Assembly: GCA_023920165.1 (NCBI GenBank)
Contig: CP089278.1
Location: 2,976,001 to 3,040,000 of the forward strand
Length of the DNA stretch: 64,000 bases
Reading direction: 5' to 3'
Source: Curvularia clavata
Taxonomy: Eukaryota
The notes below the pieces were generated by a model, which saw only the letters and a list, made by a program, of their open reading frames with translations, made no database searches and had not been told where the DNA came from. The translations under genes were made by a program, and so were the position numbers. How positions within the stretch are numbered: the first letter of the stretch is position 1; each line of letters begins with the position of its first letter. This document shows positions 36,101 through 48,168 of the stretch, one piece after another.

Positions 36101-37432
36101 ACGCCTACCATGCTATCCCTCTCCCTAGGCTGTCCACTCGCATGCGCGCCAACAGAATACGCAATTCTCCCCGACACCAGGCGTCTATTTCGCCCCCCGC
36201 CACACATGCACCTCACCGATGATCACAGCATCTAAGCGACACTCTACCGAGTACTCCAGCCCGTCGGCTCTTCGTCGGCGATACCGTGGCTTGGCGGCGG
36301 AGAGGGGGGAACTCGACTCGCCACTGCATGTGAAACGCGGGCGGGTGAAGAGGGTGGGGGTAGGAAAACGAAATGCGTAAATGGCATGATTATTTGGATT
36401 GTTTTGCTTTTTGTTGCGGGGAGCAGTGTGTACTGTATGTAGGAGCAGGGATGGCGGGGCGTACGTGATGAAGGGTGTGGTGTTGCATATAGGTGTAGAC
36501 TTGCTGTGAGAGAGCTGGTAGGGATGCAAGATGCATGAGTGAAAAGAAGGAGATGTAGACTGCACATGCAGTGGAACACGGGGAAATGGGTAGCTTGGGA
36601 TCTGCCTAGGATTATGATTCAATTAGGTGTTGCAAATAATTCATCTCTCTGCTAAAACACAGTGGGTAGTTTATGCCAGGCAAACTGCAATAACCTACAC
36701 ATGGAGTTTCTTTTCTCCTCTCATAGCTACACATATAGGCTGTCAGACAAGCTCAGCCTAGTCTCTCACTTGGGTTATACCAGCACCGCTTAGCTTTTCT
36801 CTTTATTACCCCTCTGTTCCCATGTGCAGTTTGCGCGACATACACTATACCCATTTTGATATATGGGTAAAAATTCGGGTGCGGGAGTTATAGCACTGTG
36901 TTACTCATCTTCTACATATTGACTGTTCTTCTGCGTGTATTCCTATCCTCGCAATGCCAGCAACCTTATCTATACCAAACACTATCCCCACTCTCTTCTA
37001 TATTCTGAAGGTCCAGGGCTACAGCAGGGTTGGACAAAAGCTAAACTAGTGCCTGATAGTAGCCTAGAAGGGTTAGGGGATAGGTATACTACCACTCGTG
37101 GTTTGCAAGGTAGCCTTAGTAGTATGCAGAGCAATGGTAACTCGTCCTACTACATCTTTCTTTACTCAGACCAATGAATCACAGACTCGTCACGGTGGTA
37201 TGTTGCATAAAGTTAGGCAAAGTGGTCTTGAGCTGTAAGAAAATCTTCAATATTCGATTGAATAAAAAGCAAAGTATATACAGAACACCTAAGTGCTCTT
37301 AAGAGAGAAAAAAGGTAGATACAACTGGTCCATAAAAAAGCCTCTGCCACATGCACTCAAATCATCATTATCATCCATGTCTTCACGCACTCATAAAGTC
37401 TGGGATTCAGACCTTGCCAGCCAACCAGCTTT

Positions 37433-38848
37433 CTAAGCCTGCTGAGCGAAACCGAGCCTGGGGCCGTTGCTGCCCATCTCGTGGATGACGTACTTGCTCT
37501 TGAGGAAGACGTCACCAAAGATGCTGAGGCCATCCAGACCAGAGGAAGACTGGATGCCACCAAAGCACGTGCCGTCGCCGTTGGGGGCAAAGTTGATGTA
37601 CTTTCCGGGGATGGTCTGCTTGACGCCGTTGACGAGGATGGAGAAGTCGGGGAGCTTGCTGTTGCAAGGGAAGGTGACACCTCCGGCCTGGGAGTCGTTC
37701 TGGGCACCGCTGACCTGGGAGTAGTAGGCGTCGACGATGGAGTCATCGACGTAGACGAGGGTTGTGCCAGTGTCAGCAATGGCGCTGATGCTGGTGCGGG
37801 AGGTGGTGGAGCCAACGGTGTAGCCGTTGGCGGTGAAGCCCCAGAAACCCTGGCTGTCGTCGACATCGACATAGGTAATGGAGCCGGTGTACTTGGTTGA
37901 GTCAATGTAACCAAAGTCATAAGAACCAGCAGCGTGGTACTTGAGGTTGACAGCGAACAAGGGCTGAGCAAGCTGAGACTTGACGGTGTCAAAGAAGGTG
38001 GTCTGCTGCACAGGCTTGACGGTGTTGATGGAGCTCATGGCGAGACCCAGAAGACCGTCGGTGCCGGCATCCTGAGTGAACTGGGCCGAAACGGTGGAGG
38101 CGGCCTCGACAGCCTGGGACTTGGCCGTAATGGGACCAACAGTGACTACAAACAAAGTCAGTATAGGTTCCAACCAGGACAAGAGCGCTTTAAATATTGC
38201 AATGATTACTCACCAGTGTCGGTGTAGACCTTGCCAGATGCACCAGATCCGTCGCCGTAGGAGATCTTCCAGGTGTAGCCGCTCTTAACCTTGGAGGAGC
38301 TGACCTTGTAGTAGCTGTGGCCGCTGAGCTGCGACTGGGGCTGGAGCGAGGAGTAAACCCAGCTTCACGGGCATTAGTCTCAGCTCATGATTAGGGAGGA
38401 AGCATTGCAAAAACTTACAGATCAGAGCTTCCAGTATCAAAGTCCAAGTGGAAGGTCTGGCCACCAATGCTAACCGGGGTCAAGTAGGACGAGTCGTTCT
38501 GGTCACTGGGGGTGGTGGTGACGGAACCACTGCTGGCATCGGCAGTGACAACAGCGTTGTTTGCACGGTTCTCAGCGGCCTTGATGAGTTCCTCGGGGAC
38601 AGCCTTGCCGTGCCTGCGGAGCACCTTGATCTTGTCTGCCGGTCCGTTCTTCTGGTGGGTAGAGTGAGCCACTTGTCCGACAGAGAAGGCAGAGCGCTTG
38701 TCTGTGTGGATTCAGATGTTAGCCAGTGTTGAGAGATGAAAAGTTGGATGTCTTGGGTTTTTTTGTCCAACATACCGATCTGGACCGGGTTTGCGGCGAC
38801 TGTGCCAGCAAGGGCGAGCGCAGCCGTGAGGTGGGCGTAGGAAGGCAT
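37433..38848 (-). CDS. Secreted pepsin-like aspartic protease (A1, aspergillopepsin/endothiapepsin type). Exons 38848-38776, 38701-38419, 38362-38214, 38145-37433
   Basis: Signal peptide [19 protein letters not shown]; propeptide; catalytic FDTGSSDL and ADTGTT; ISYGDGS flap; IFGDVFLKS. Confidence 0.95.
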
Positions 38849-40452
38849 GGTAGCGATGGACTGGAGAAGCTCTTGAAGGGTGGATAGAGAATGACACTGA
38901 GGCTGTGATGGAGACAAGACAGAGGAGTTGAACTTGGCTTTATACTAAGCCTTGCCACGCCCACGGTGGCGTAGGATGCATTGATTGTGACGACATATTC
39001 CGTGCCCTGTCGTGTGTACGGGGTGGCATACTAGCATGGGTTGTGACAATTCAGGGCGAGAGTGGAGTAACTACTGTGCATGCAATTAGCGGCCGCAGCC
39101 ATTCATGCCAAACACTTGACCCCGGACAGTTTGGGAAGGGCTTGTGTGCATTGGTCTCGTGTTTCAATGTTTACCTGCTGAATCGGACCTGGCGTGGATC
39201 ACGTTAGTTGAGGTGGAGTCGGCGTGCGGGCAGTTGGGGGTGGACTCGATGCTTCTCTGGGATAGACTGAAGCAGAGAAGAGGAAGGTGGCAGAATTGCC
39301 TATCTTGTGTGACGCTGTAGGGCCGAATGGGTTGGTGGTGTTGTATTGGTTAGTAGAGTGATTGCTGGTCGGGTGTGGTGTACGCTAGTTGCATTGGGCG
39401 CTACCAGTGTTGTTTGCTGCATGACGGGTGTGCAAGACAGCAGAAGGGCGATTCCTTGACGCAATTGGCAGAGATACAGATCGGCAGTGGGATGCTAAGA
39501 GCAGCCATGTTGGCTAAGAGGTCAGGGGATGCCCCAGGCCCACCAGTCAAGCCTTGGAGCAGCGCCAAGGCTGGGCATTCCTTAATCTTAGCCGTTGTTA
39601 AGCTCCAGCCAAGGACGCCGCTGCCGTGGAGCGCAGGTGAGGCGGATGGGCGAGATGCCGCATGAAGAGCGTCGGCAATGGAGCGAGGACGAAATGAAGA
39701 GCGGGCGGGCGGCATCTGGATTGGGGAGGTGGGACTGTGGTTTCGTTTTGGAGCGAGCACAGTCGAGACGGTAGAGCCGGCGCTAGAGGTTACTCCCGTC
39801 TTCCTCCAGGCCTGCAATATCTCTTTGACGGCGCTATACAGCCAATCCACGGCCCACGGAGACATGTGTTGAACAAGACGGCCATTTGGAAACCGGCCAG
39901 TTGTAGACACGACGAGCGATTTTGCGACTTTGAACCTTCCTGTTTGGGTGCCATGCCGATGTGCGAAGCCTGATATCCCCTGCCCACGTGCACCAGCGAC
40001 ATGGAGGGTACCAAGCCTTGTGATGCGCGCCTTGGACGAGCTTATCTCTGTGCACCAGGCTCGGCGCTGCCGGCCATGTACATACAGGTGCATGGCGTTG
40101 GGCGTCGTGGTGATGTGCAGCATGGCAGTGCAGTAGTCGTCGAGTAGGGCGGGCGGCCAAAATGTCCAAACTCCACTGCACCTGCCGCTTTAGTCGCTAG
40201 TCTAGGCCAGGCCACTGCCAACAGCCGACTCTGTCCCCCAAACTCTGCTCCCCACTAGCTGACACCGTCTTGTCACTTTTCAACGCCCTCTCCACGCCCA
40301 GGCTGTTATAGGAAGTTTGCTACTCGTACCTACTATATGACCCGCGCTGCTCGGAGATGACTTCGAATCGGGTATCTTGTGCTGCAATCGCTATCTTCTT
40401 CGGTGCTTTTCTTTTTACCAGCTAACAAACATTCACATGCACTCGACCATCA

Positions 40453-42609
40453 CTACTCGGCCCCGCTGACTGCCTTCTCCAGCTGCTTGAGAGCAGCCCG
40501 ATACGCCTTCTTCTTTCCATCGGCCGTAACGGTACTCTCCTTCCACTCCATCCGCTTGACCTTTTTGCTTCCGCGCTTGATGCTGTCTCCCTTGGCTACC
40601 TGCTTCAAGAACCACGCTGCCTCTGTCTTGGTGAACAGCGTCCATGCCTGTCCTGCCTTGCCCGCTCGCGCTGTCCGCCCTACTCGGTGCACGTAGCTGG
40701 TGATACTCGTCGGCAGGTCATAGTTGATGACGTGCGTAATGTCAGGAATATCTAGCCCTCGAGACGCCGCATCAGATGCAATCAGCATCTTGATTGCCCC
40801 GGAACTGAACGACTTGAGCAGTTTGCGCGACGCCTCGGCCGTCAGTGCCCTCGTCATCGTCTTCATATAGTTCTTGAACCCAGGCATCAGCACACCAAGC
40901 AGATGTGACAGCCGAGATGCGCTTTCTGTGCTCTTTGTAAAGATGAGGACGCGACCGGTCTGGTGGGCCACTGAGGATTGGCTGACATGGCCAGCGTCCG
41001 AGTCGGAATCTGATGAGGAATCTGATGAGTTTGACGATGAATCTGACGACGAATCCGACGACGAATCCGAAGATGACCCTGAACCCTCCTGCTTCCCTGT
41101 AAAAACAAAATTGAGCAGCACATGTACCAAGTGCAATGGCTTGTTCGCGCCATCGCCAACATGCACTGCAAACTCCTCCAACCTCGACGGTAGCTCGAAA
41201 ACATTGTCTTCAGTCTCCAAAGGCTGCACCTCGGTGCTCGCGTCCTGCACGACAACCAGCTTCGGCCGCCTGAGTTTCAACGTGCCCAGTTTGGTCAGGT
41301 CTTTCTCCATAGTTGCCGAAAGCACAACTTTGGTGAGCTGTCTCCGGACTGGCAACGCCACTGACCAAGTAGAATTAGCATCGCGTTCCCTTATGCCAAT
41401 TTGTTCTCGAGCATTCATGAACTCAGCCCGAGTCTCACCATGGATCGCGTCCATGAGCACATTCGCCCAGTCCTGAAAGTTTTGATTGAGCAGCTGATCG
41501 GCCTCGTCAATGACTAGCCATCGGACGGCGTTAAGCAAAAAGCCCGTTGTGTGCTCAATGTGCTCTACAAGTCGACCCGGCGTACATATGAGAATATCCA
41601 CACCAGAATCATACTGTGGAACATGACCCAGTGGCATGCTCCTCAGATCGTCATATAGTCCTCCTCTTTCCATGAAGCCCGTCCGGTGTTGTTTCGATGC
41701 CTTCTCGTGAAGCTCCTCTGCCCTCTTTGGGTCGTATTGCGCCCTCATCTTCACAAGCTGTTTCTGCTCCGTGGCGAATGCGACGTTGCCCAATGCTGTT
41801 CCCACTTTGATCCTTGTGCCAGCGCATAGCTCTTCTGCCACTTGAAGTGCCTGGTTGACAAGCTGTCGGCTTGGAACTACTATGATCGCCGAGAGTACGG
41901 GCACAGCGCGATGCTGGAGTGCCTCGATAATTGGCAGGAGATAGGCTAGCGTCTTTCCAGATCCCGTCTTTGCAGAGACACATATATCGCCAAGGTGTTG
42001 GTCGAAGCCAGAGTGTAGCATAGGAAGCAATGCAGTCTGTACAGCCAAAGCGTCCTTAAACCCTTGCTTTTGTAGTTTCTTCACAAACGTGGGGTCGACG
42101 CCTAGCTCAGCAAATGGAATCGACTTGTCAGCCTCGACGACAGTGGGCTGAGCAAGCCATGTTGGAAGGGTGGAGAAAGTAGGTTCGTATACGGGTTCAG
42201 GGACGGGTTCTGGCTGGGGCATGGGGCCTAGATCGTGAAGCTCTTCGTCCTCTTCATTTTGTTCCGTCTCCTCCTCTTTTTGCTGGCCCTTCGCCTCAGC
42301 TAGCTTCGAAGATTTTTCGAACTTGGAAAGTATGTTCTTGTGCTTCTTTGCGACCTCGTCATTCTCATCGCTGGCGACGTCGGCCTCGCGCTTTCTCTTC
42401 TTTGGCTTCTTGATAGACTTGGGAGTATCATCTGCCGCAGTCTCTTCTATATGCGCAGCGTCGATAGGCTCAGTTGCGGTATGGACAGGGCTTGAGACTT
42501 CGACGTCTTCCGTTTGAACTGAGGCGGGCACAGCCTGTTTCTTGGGGGTAGGCGCAGGCGCAGGCGCAGGCGCAGGAGGCGCGAATCGTTTGAACAGAGG
42601 GCCAGGCAT
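40453..42609 (-). CDS. DBP6: DEAD-box RNA helicase Dbp6 (60S biogenesis), intronless
   Basis: True start [11 protein letters not shown] at 42609; Q motif, [43 protein letters not shown]; Ser/Asp repeat insertion at ~41000-41075. Confidence 0.93.
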   Translation of the reverse strand: MPGPLFKRFAPPAPAPAPAPTPKKQAVPASVQTEDVEVSSPVHTATEPIDAAHIEETAADDTPKSIKKPKKRKREADVASDENDEVAKKHKNILSKFEKSSKLAEAKGQQKEEETEQNEEDEELHDLGPMPQPEPVPEPVYEPTFSTLPTWLAQPTVVEADKSIPFAELGVDPTFVKKLQKQGFKDALAVQTALLPMLHSGFDQHLGDICVSAKTGSGKTLAYLLPIIEALQHRAVPVLSAIIVVPSRQLVNQALQVAEELCAGTRIKVGTALGNVAFATEQKQLVKMRAQYDPKRAEELHEKASKQHRTGFMERGGLYDDLRSMPLGHVPQYDSGVDILICTPGRLVEHIEHTTGFLLNAVRWLVIDEADQLLNQNFQDWANVLMDAIHGETRAEFMNAREQIGIRERDANSTWSVALPVRRQLTKVVLSATMEKDLTKLGTLKLRRPKLVVVQDASTEVQPLETEDNVFELPSRLEEFAVHVGDGANKPLHLVHVLLNFVFTGKQEGSGSSSDSSSDSSSDSSSNSSDSSSDSDSDAGHVSQSSVAHQTGRVLIFTKSTESASRLSHLLGVLMPGFKNYMKTMTRALTAEASRKLLKSFSSGAIKMLIASDAASRGLDIPDITHVINYDLPTSITSYVHRVGRTARAGKAGQAWTLFTKTEAAWFLKQVAKGDSIKRGSKKVKRMEWKESTVTADGKKKAYRAALKQLEKAVSGAE

Positions 42610-42891
42610 CGCGCGAAATATCCAATGCAATTTCTGGGCAGTAACCAAGCTTCGCAGCGCTTTGCGACGGTTGCAGTGGAAGAAGTCACAGGCACTAGGA
42701 ATTCTGGACCCTCGAAATTTGGTCGGAGCTTGGAGAGCCAAACGCCGACTGGTGACGCGCTCCTGGTCGCATCCAACCTGGGCATGCAACGAGGACTGTC
42801 CTCGTCGCCCTGAGCCTCCGATGCTTCGGTGAGCTGTCATGTATTCTCTTTCTGACAAAATTCGAGGACGCTTTCCTCCTGCATCGCCATC

Positions 42892-44621
42892 ATGCCATAC
42901 AACATCGCGTACGTACTCAATGCCCTTCGCCATACCTGCCCCCGAACTAACACGCAGCAGCATGGTTAGCGACAACTTCTACCCCCAGCCTGGTACGACC
43001 CATATTCAGAGGTCGTGGACCGTCTTCTCATAACGTACAGGCGGTGTAGAGAGTCACATGTATCAACTCTCAAGCGTGAGCATCCTCGAAGCCGCCAACT
43101 CGCGATCCCTCCTCACCAGTTCAGAAACTCATAGACCGCGGACACAAAGTCATCGTCATTACACACGCCTATGCCGGCCGAAAAGGTGTACGGTACCTGA
43201 CCAATGGACTCAAGGTCTACTATGTTCCCTTTTGGGTCATATACCGCGAGACGACTTTCCCCACAGTCTTCTCCTTTTTCCCCATCTTCCGAAACATTGT
43301 AATCCGCGAGCGCATTGAGATTGTGCATGGACATGCCAGCTTAAGCAGTCTCTGCCACGAGGCTATACTTCATGCGCGCACAATGGGCCTGAGAACTGTC
43401 TTTACAGACCACAGTCTGTTTGGCTTTGCCGATGCTGCGAGCATTCTGACCAATAAGCTACTCAAGTTCACGTTGAGTGACGTTGATCATGTCATCTGCG
43501 TCAGCCACACTTGGTGCGTTCTTGAACCTGCATGTTCTCACCCACTAACCGACAGTAGTAAGGAGAATACTGTGCTTAGAGCGTCTCTGGATCCTCTCAT
43601 GGTGTCTGTCATTCCTAATGCAGTAGTTGCCGAGAACTTCCGTCCTCTTTCGCAGAACTCACAAGACGCAGCTCAGCCAAAGGCCCCCGGCCCAAGGCAG
43701 CCCATGGACCCAGATGAAATTATCACAGTTATTGTCATTCAACGACTATACTACAATAAAGGCACCGATCTATTGGTGGCCGCCATTCCTCACATCATTG
43801 CGGCAAACCCAAACGTTCGCTTTATTATTGCAGGAAATGGTCCCAAGGCTATTGATCTTGAACAGATGATAGAACGGAACGTGTTGCAGGACAAGGTTCT
43901 CATGATTGGCCCAGTCCGCCATGAGGAAGTGCGCGATGTCATGGTACGCGGGCACATCTATCTCTGTCCATCCTTAACCGAAGCGTTCGGTACCGTCATT
44001 GTAGAAGCTGCATCCTGCGGCCTCTACGTTGTTGCTACTAGAGTTGGTGGTATTCCTGAGGTTCTCCCCACTCACATGGTGGAATTTGCAGCACCCGAGG
44101 AAGATGAGCTTGTCGAGGCAACCGGGCGAGCGATTGCCAAATTGCGGGAAGGAAAGGTCAGGACAGAGTTGTTTCACAATCAAGTCAAGCAAATGTACTC
44201 CTGGACCGATATCGCACAACGAACGGAGCGGGTATACGATGGTATCAGTGGTGTGATCAGTCACAGCGAGTTCTACCAGGGCGCTGGAGCAGCCGGTGCA
44301 TGGAGTGCTACTCGAGGCCGCGCTGGCGTCCAAAGTTTTGCACTCATCGAACGACTGAAAAGGTATTTCGGATGTGGTATTTGGGCGGGCAAACTCTTCT
44401 GCATCTGCGTCATTGTCGACTACCTCATCTTCCTCTTTTTGGAGATGTTCGCACCAAGATCAAGGATCGATATCTGCAAGGACTGGCCCAAGAAGCCCAT
44501 CCAATTGAAACCAGAGGCGAGCAAGCGATACATTCACGGGATAGAGAATGAGAACGGGGTTGCCAGAAAGCGGAGTTCAAGATATCGCAAACAGAAAAGA
44601 GACATGCTAGAAGACAGCTGA
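42892..44621 (+). CDS. SPT14: GPI-GlcNAc transferase catalytic subunit (PIG-A/Gpi3). Exons 42892-42908, 42961-42992, 43041-43075, 43125-43513, 43559-44621
   Basis: [53 protein letters not shown] (EX7E), C-terminal TM segment. Confidence 0.95.
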
Positions 44622-44849
44622 AAATTGGACATTAGGTATCAAAAAAGGCTTTTTCTTATTGAAATATTACGATTACTGCCGCTCATACTATGAGCTGGAC
44701 AGAGAACCGCGAAGAAAGTAATGCTATCTACGAATAAAAGCCCGTAGGCTATTTGTTTCACCGGAACGCTGAACCGGTACTCCCCCTCCCAAACGCCGGT
44801 AAATGCTCTGTACAGGAAGAAGAAAGGAAAAGAGAACAAAGAACAAAGC

Positions 44850-45651
44850 TCATGCGTAGAACCAATATTGCGCACTGTACTCGACGGTAAAGCTACCCTC
44901 GATTCCCTCACATGTCTTGGGGGCTACGCCTCCGGCAGTGTGTACACGGTAGACCTCGTTGTATGCCCAGTGGTTATCCTTGCCGACGGTAGCATTGAGC
45001 TTCAACCACGGGACACTGCCGAGTTGGTTGGTGCCGAGGCTGGCGTCCTTGGGGGCAGGGCTCTTTGCATCGACAGCACACTCGACGCGGCCATAGTCAG
45101 CTTCTTTGGTCTCGAGCATGAAGAGAGGGACGCCAGCGGCAGTGAACTGGTGGTGGCCGGAGAGACGCTGCTCGGCCTCCGGTGAGCTGGGGATGGCGTA
45201 GTTGAGAGCGAGGTTGGTGACTTGGGCGAGGGTGTTGACGTTCAGGCGGGCAGCGTCACACGTGACGTTGAAGAGGGAGGCAACAGCACCAACAGCCTTG
45301 GGAGCATCAGATTTAGAAAGTCCGGAGCAGGTGTAGTTCTGGGTTCCACGGCCAATGGCGATGTGGCGGAGGGAGCTGCCTTGGGCCGGGTCGGCGAGAG
45401 GTGTGGGTGCTGGAAGGGTTGTTAGTATATATTGTTTGGAGGCTGGGCAGGTTGTAGAACTTACCAGCAGGAAGCTTGACATTGGACAGGTCACAGAGCG
45501 AGTCAGTTTTCCTCAACTCCTCGTATACATTGGCAGGCAGGTTCTGCCTTGGGATGAGGGCCGCTATCGAATCGGCGTTTTGTGTTGGGGCGGCGAAGAG
45601 AGCGGCGGGCGTAAGCGCCAAGAGCAGGCTGAAGGATGCGGGGAAGATCAT
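44850..45651 (-). CDS. Secreted DUF3455-type protein (often mis-annotated as malate dehydrogenase). Exons 45651-45465, 45409-44850
   Basis: Signal peptide MIFPASFSLLLALTPAALFA; AIGRGTQNYTC, GHHQF, VPWLKL, VYRVHTAGGVAPKTC, VEYSAQYWFY. Confidence 0.88.
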
Positions 45652-46829
45652 TCTCGTGGTTGCTGGGTGTAGTTGTTGGTCGATGTTGTGTGATGGTTCG
45701 TTGTGTAACTGTCGATCCAAGTCGAACAATAACGTTATATATTCTCCCAGGCCAAAAGGGCAATGCAGAAAATGGTAATCGAATCTCCACAGGATCTTTT
45801 CCTAGAATAGATCCTAGTAAGGGCGGGCGTGCGTGTGTGTGATGTGCCTCTCAGATTGCTGACTGCTGATGGGGATCGGAAATAGAAATCTCGGAAGCGA
45901 CGCTATCCGTAGACAAATCGAGAGCAAGACAAATCAAAAAATAAACCCTCAGGGCGGAAAGCAATGCAAGATTCCCAGAAAAGGACGGTAAACAGGGCAG
46001 ACACCTGGGTAATGCAAATAAAGAGGAAGGCGCAGCGTTCGAGTGGTGGGGAAGGCGAGGAGGTGGTGGATGTTTGTATGCGGCGTGAATGTTAAGAAAC
46101 AAAACACGAGGCTTCCATAGTTCCTATATACCCAAAACGCCAACTCAATTAACAGCGTAGTACGCACGCGACAACAACGAACCGACGGGACAGCGGTGTT
46201 CAGCGCGTAGGTGTCCCTAGTACGTCTCCACCCATAGTTTTCGCAAGCCCAGTGGTTTACTCGCAAATCCCCTGTTTACCGCCCTTGTCCTACGGTTGGC
46301 GCCCCACTTGAAGACTCGTTAAAGCAGGAAGAAAAGACCCCAAATATAGCTGGCTGGGGTGCGATTGGATGAGAGGCCTCGAGATCGGATGTGGGGACGT
46401 GCGCTACATGGGTGGTTGTTCGATTCGCTCGCCTACCGAGCCGCCCAAAAGCAAACAGATTGACGGCCGCTAGTGCTTGATGGGGGGTCTGGCACGAACG
46501 CCTTGCAGGAGGAGTATTATGGGCGGGGACGAGATGGCTATTTTGGGGAAGGTGGTTGGGAATGTGGAATGAAGACTTGATGATGCAGAATGAAATTGTG
46601 GGCAACGGAGCTTGAGACCGCTGGTGATGACGATGCTTGCGTGAGCCGGTATGTCGGAATCATCTTGAACATGTGCTTCATGCCGATGAAGCGATGACTG
46701 CTGACGAACAGTGCGCAAAACGGTGCTTTGTTCAAGTATGTAAGCTGTCGCCCCGCCGCTCATGACTTGAATTTGCTGAGCGCAGTGTACATGCAGAATC
46801 TTGGCTCTGCTTCCATCTCTCTTCACATG

Positions 46830-47900
46830 CCGACATGTCTTCCTAACACCAAGAAAGATAGCAGAACGAAAAAAGAAACAGACTGGAAATTAACACCACC
46901 CGGTCCTCTCTCCCCATCCACTCCACAGCATGTTGCGCAAAACGAAAACAGGTAAACGGATACCCGCCTGCCCGCAGAGCCGCCCGTACCACCCATACAT
47001 AGCAGCCTTTCATCTACCCGCCTCCCGTTTACCCCATGTCCTGTTCAGATCCGGCCTTCGACCCGCCAAACCCTTTCCAGAAGGTCTGCATCCTTAATTA
47101 ACCCCAGCTTAAGAAAGAAAAGAGAAAACTTTACTAGTATGGACTTTGATTAAAAAGTTCCTTAATATAGACTATAGCGGGGCGGCGAAATTGACAGCTA
47201 ATACTACCCCACTAGGCCAAGTGCCGCTTATGCAAGTCTCTTTTGTGCCCAATCATGAGGCAAGAGTGGCTGTAGAACCCTGGGCCGGCGCCTCGATAGA
47301 AATCGGTGTGGGCGCGTGCGAGGATAGGCTAGGGAAAGCGGACGTACTAGACTTGTTGGCTACGGGTAAAACGGAGGCAGAGGCAAAAAAATATGTAGTA
47401 CGGTCTAGTCTGGCCCAGCCTGGCTACGTACACAGACGCCTACCAACGGTGGTGTTTCTTGATTCATTTGTTTAGACATTCTAGGCGGACATGACTTATT
47501 GTCTCAGAAACTTGTTTCTACGTTTCCCAAGAAAACTGGCGCTCTTGGTTCCTTCCCTTTATCTCTTGGGCTACTAGGTTTCGCGAACAGGTCACAGGCT
47601 GGAGATTTGATTGGGAGGAGTTTGATGGTTGGTTTGGCGAGAACGACGGTTATCTGCCTTGGTAAGCCAGAGATACAGAAGACGATTCGCTGCGTGTTTG
47701 GCGCCTACAAGTATAGGGTATGGAGTAGCAACCGCTCGGTAGACAAAACAGCAGGCGCAAGGCTGTGAAGAACAAAGAATAAGGAAACGAACGATGGCAA
47801 AAGATACAGCTTTGGTCCCTGAGTGGCTGTTGCGTTTTCGAACGGGGTATTGGGGCTATTGAACACCCCTGGTGGGCTTGGGCTTAAGTTTGCTCTGTAT
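46830..47900 (+). pseudogene. Possible decayed or orphan gene: spliced ORF 46930-47083 + 47216-47475 (137 aa) plus frameshifted downstream fragments
   Basis: Intron GTCTGC...GCTAAT...CTAG joins two open frames; many rare NTA codons and TpA-rich sequence; no recognisable family. Confidence 0.3.
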
Positions 47901-48168
47901 AACATGCTCGTGATATGACCAACCGCAATTGAACGAAACAAGAACGGGTGGCTACATTCCGTCCGCAGCTCGCACCAGAAGCAAACACCCAACAGAGATA
48001 CACAATAAAGGAGGCTGGGGCAGAAAACAGCATAGATTGGGACCCAGCTCAAAGTACACACTGTACCAGGCGCGTATACGTACGGTCATAACACAGCCCC
48101 TCATGAAACACCATAATAGTACATGTTCACCCAACAAAATACGTTGCATCCATCTGCTGTCAAACCCA

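Noticed and set aside
37070..37079. Telomerase-template-like CCCTAACCCT (minus strand); also CAACCCTAACC near 62570
   Set aside because: Short matches expected by chance; they sit next to the protease 3' end or in the BNI4 leader; no convincing pseudoknot or CR4/5 seen
42610..42975. N-terminal extension of the 840-aa DBP6 ORF
   Set aside because: Overlaps the SPT14 start and the shared promoter; the plausible start is ATG 42609
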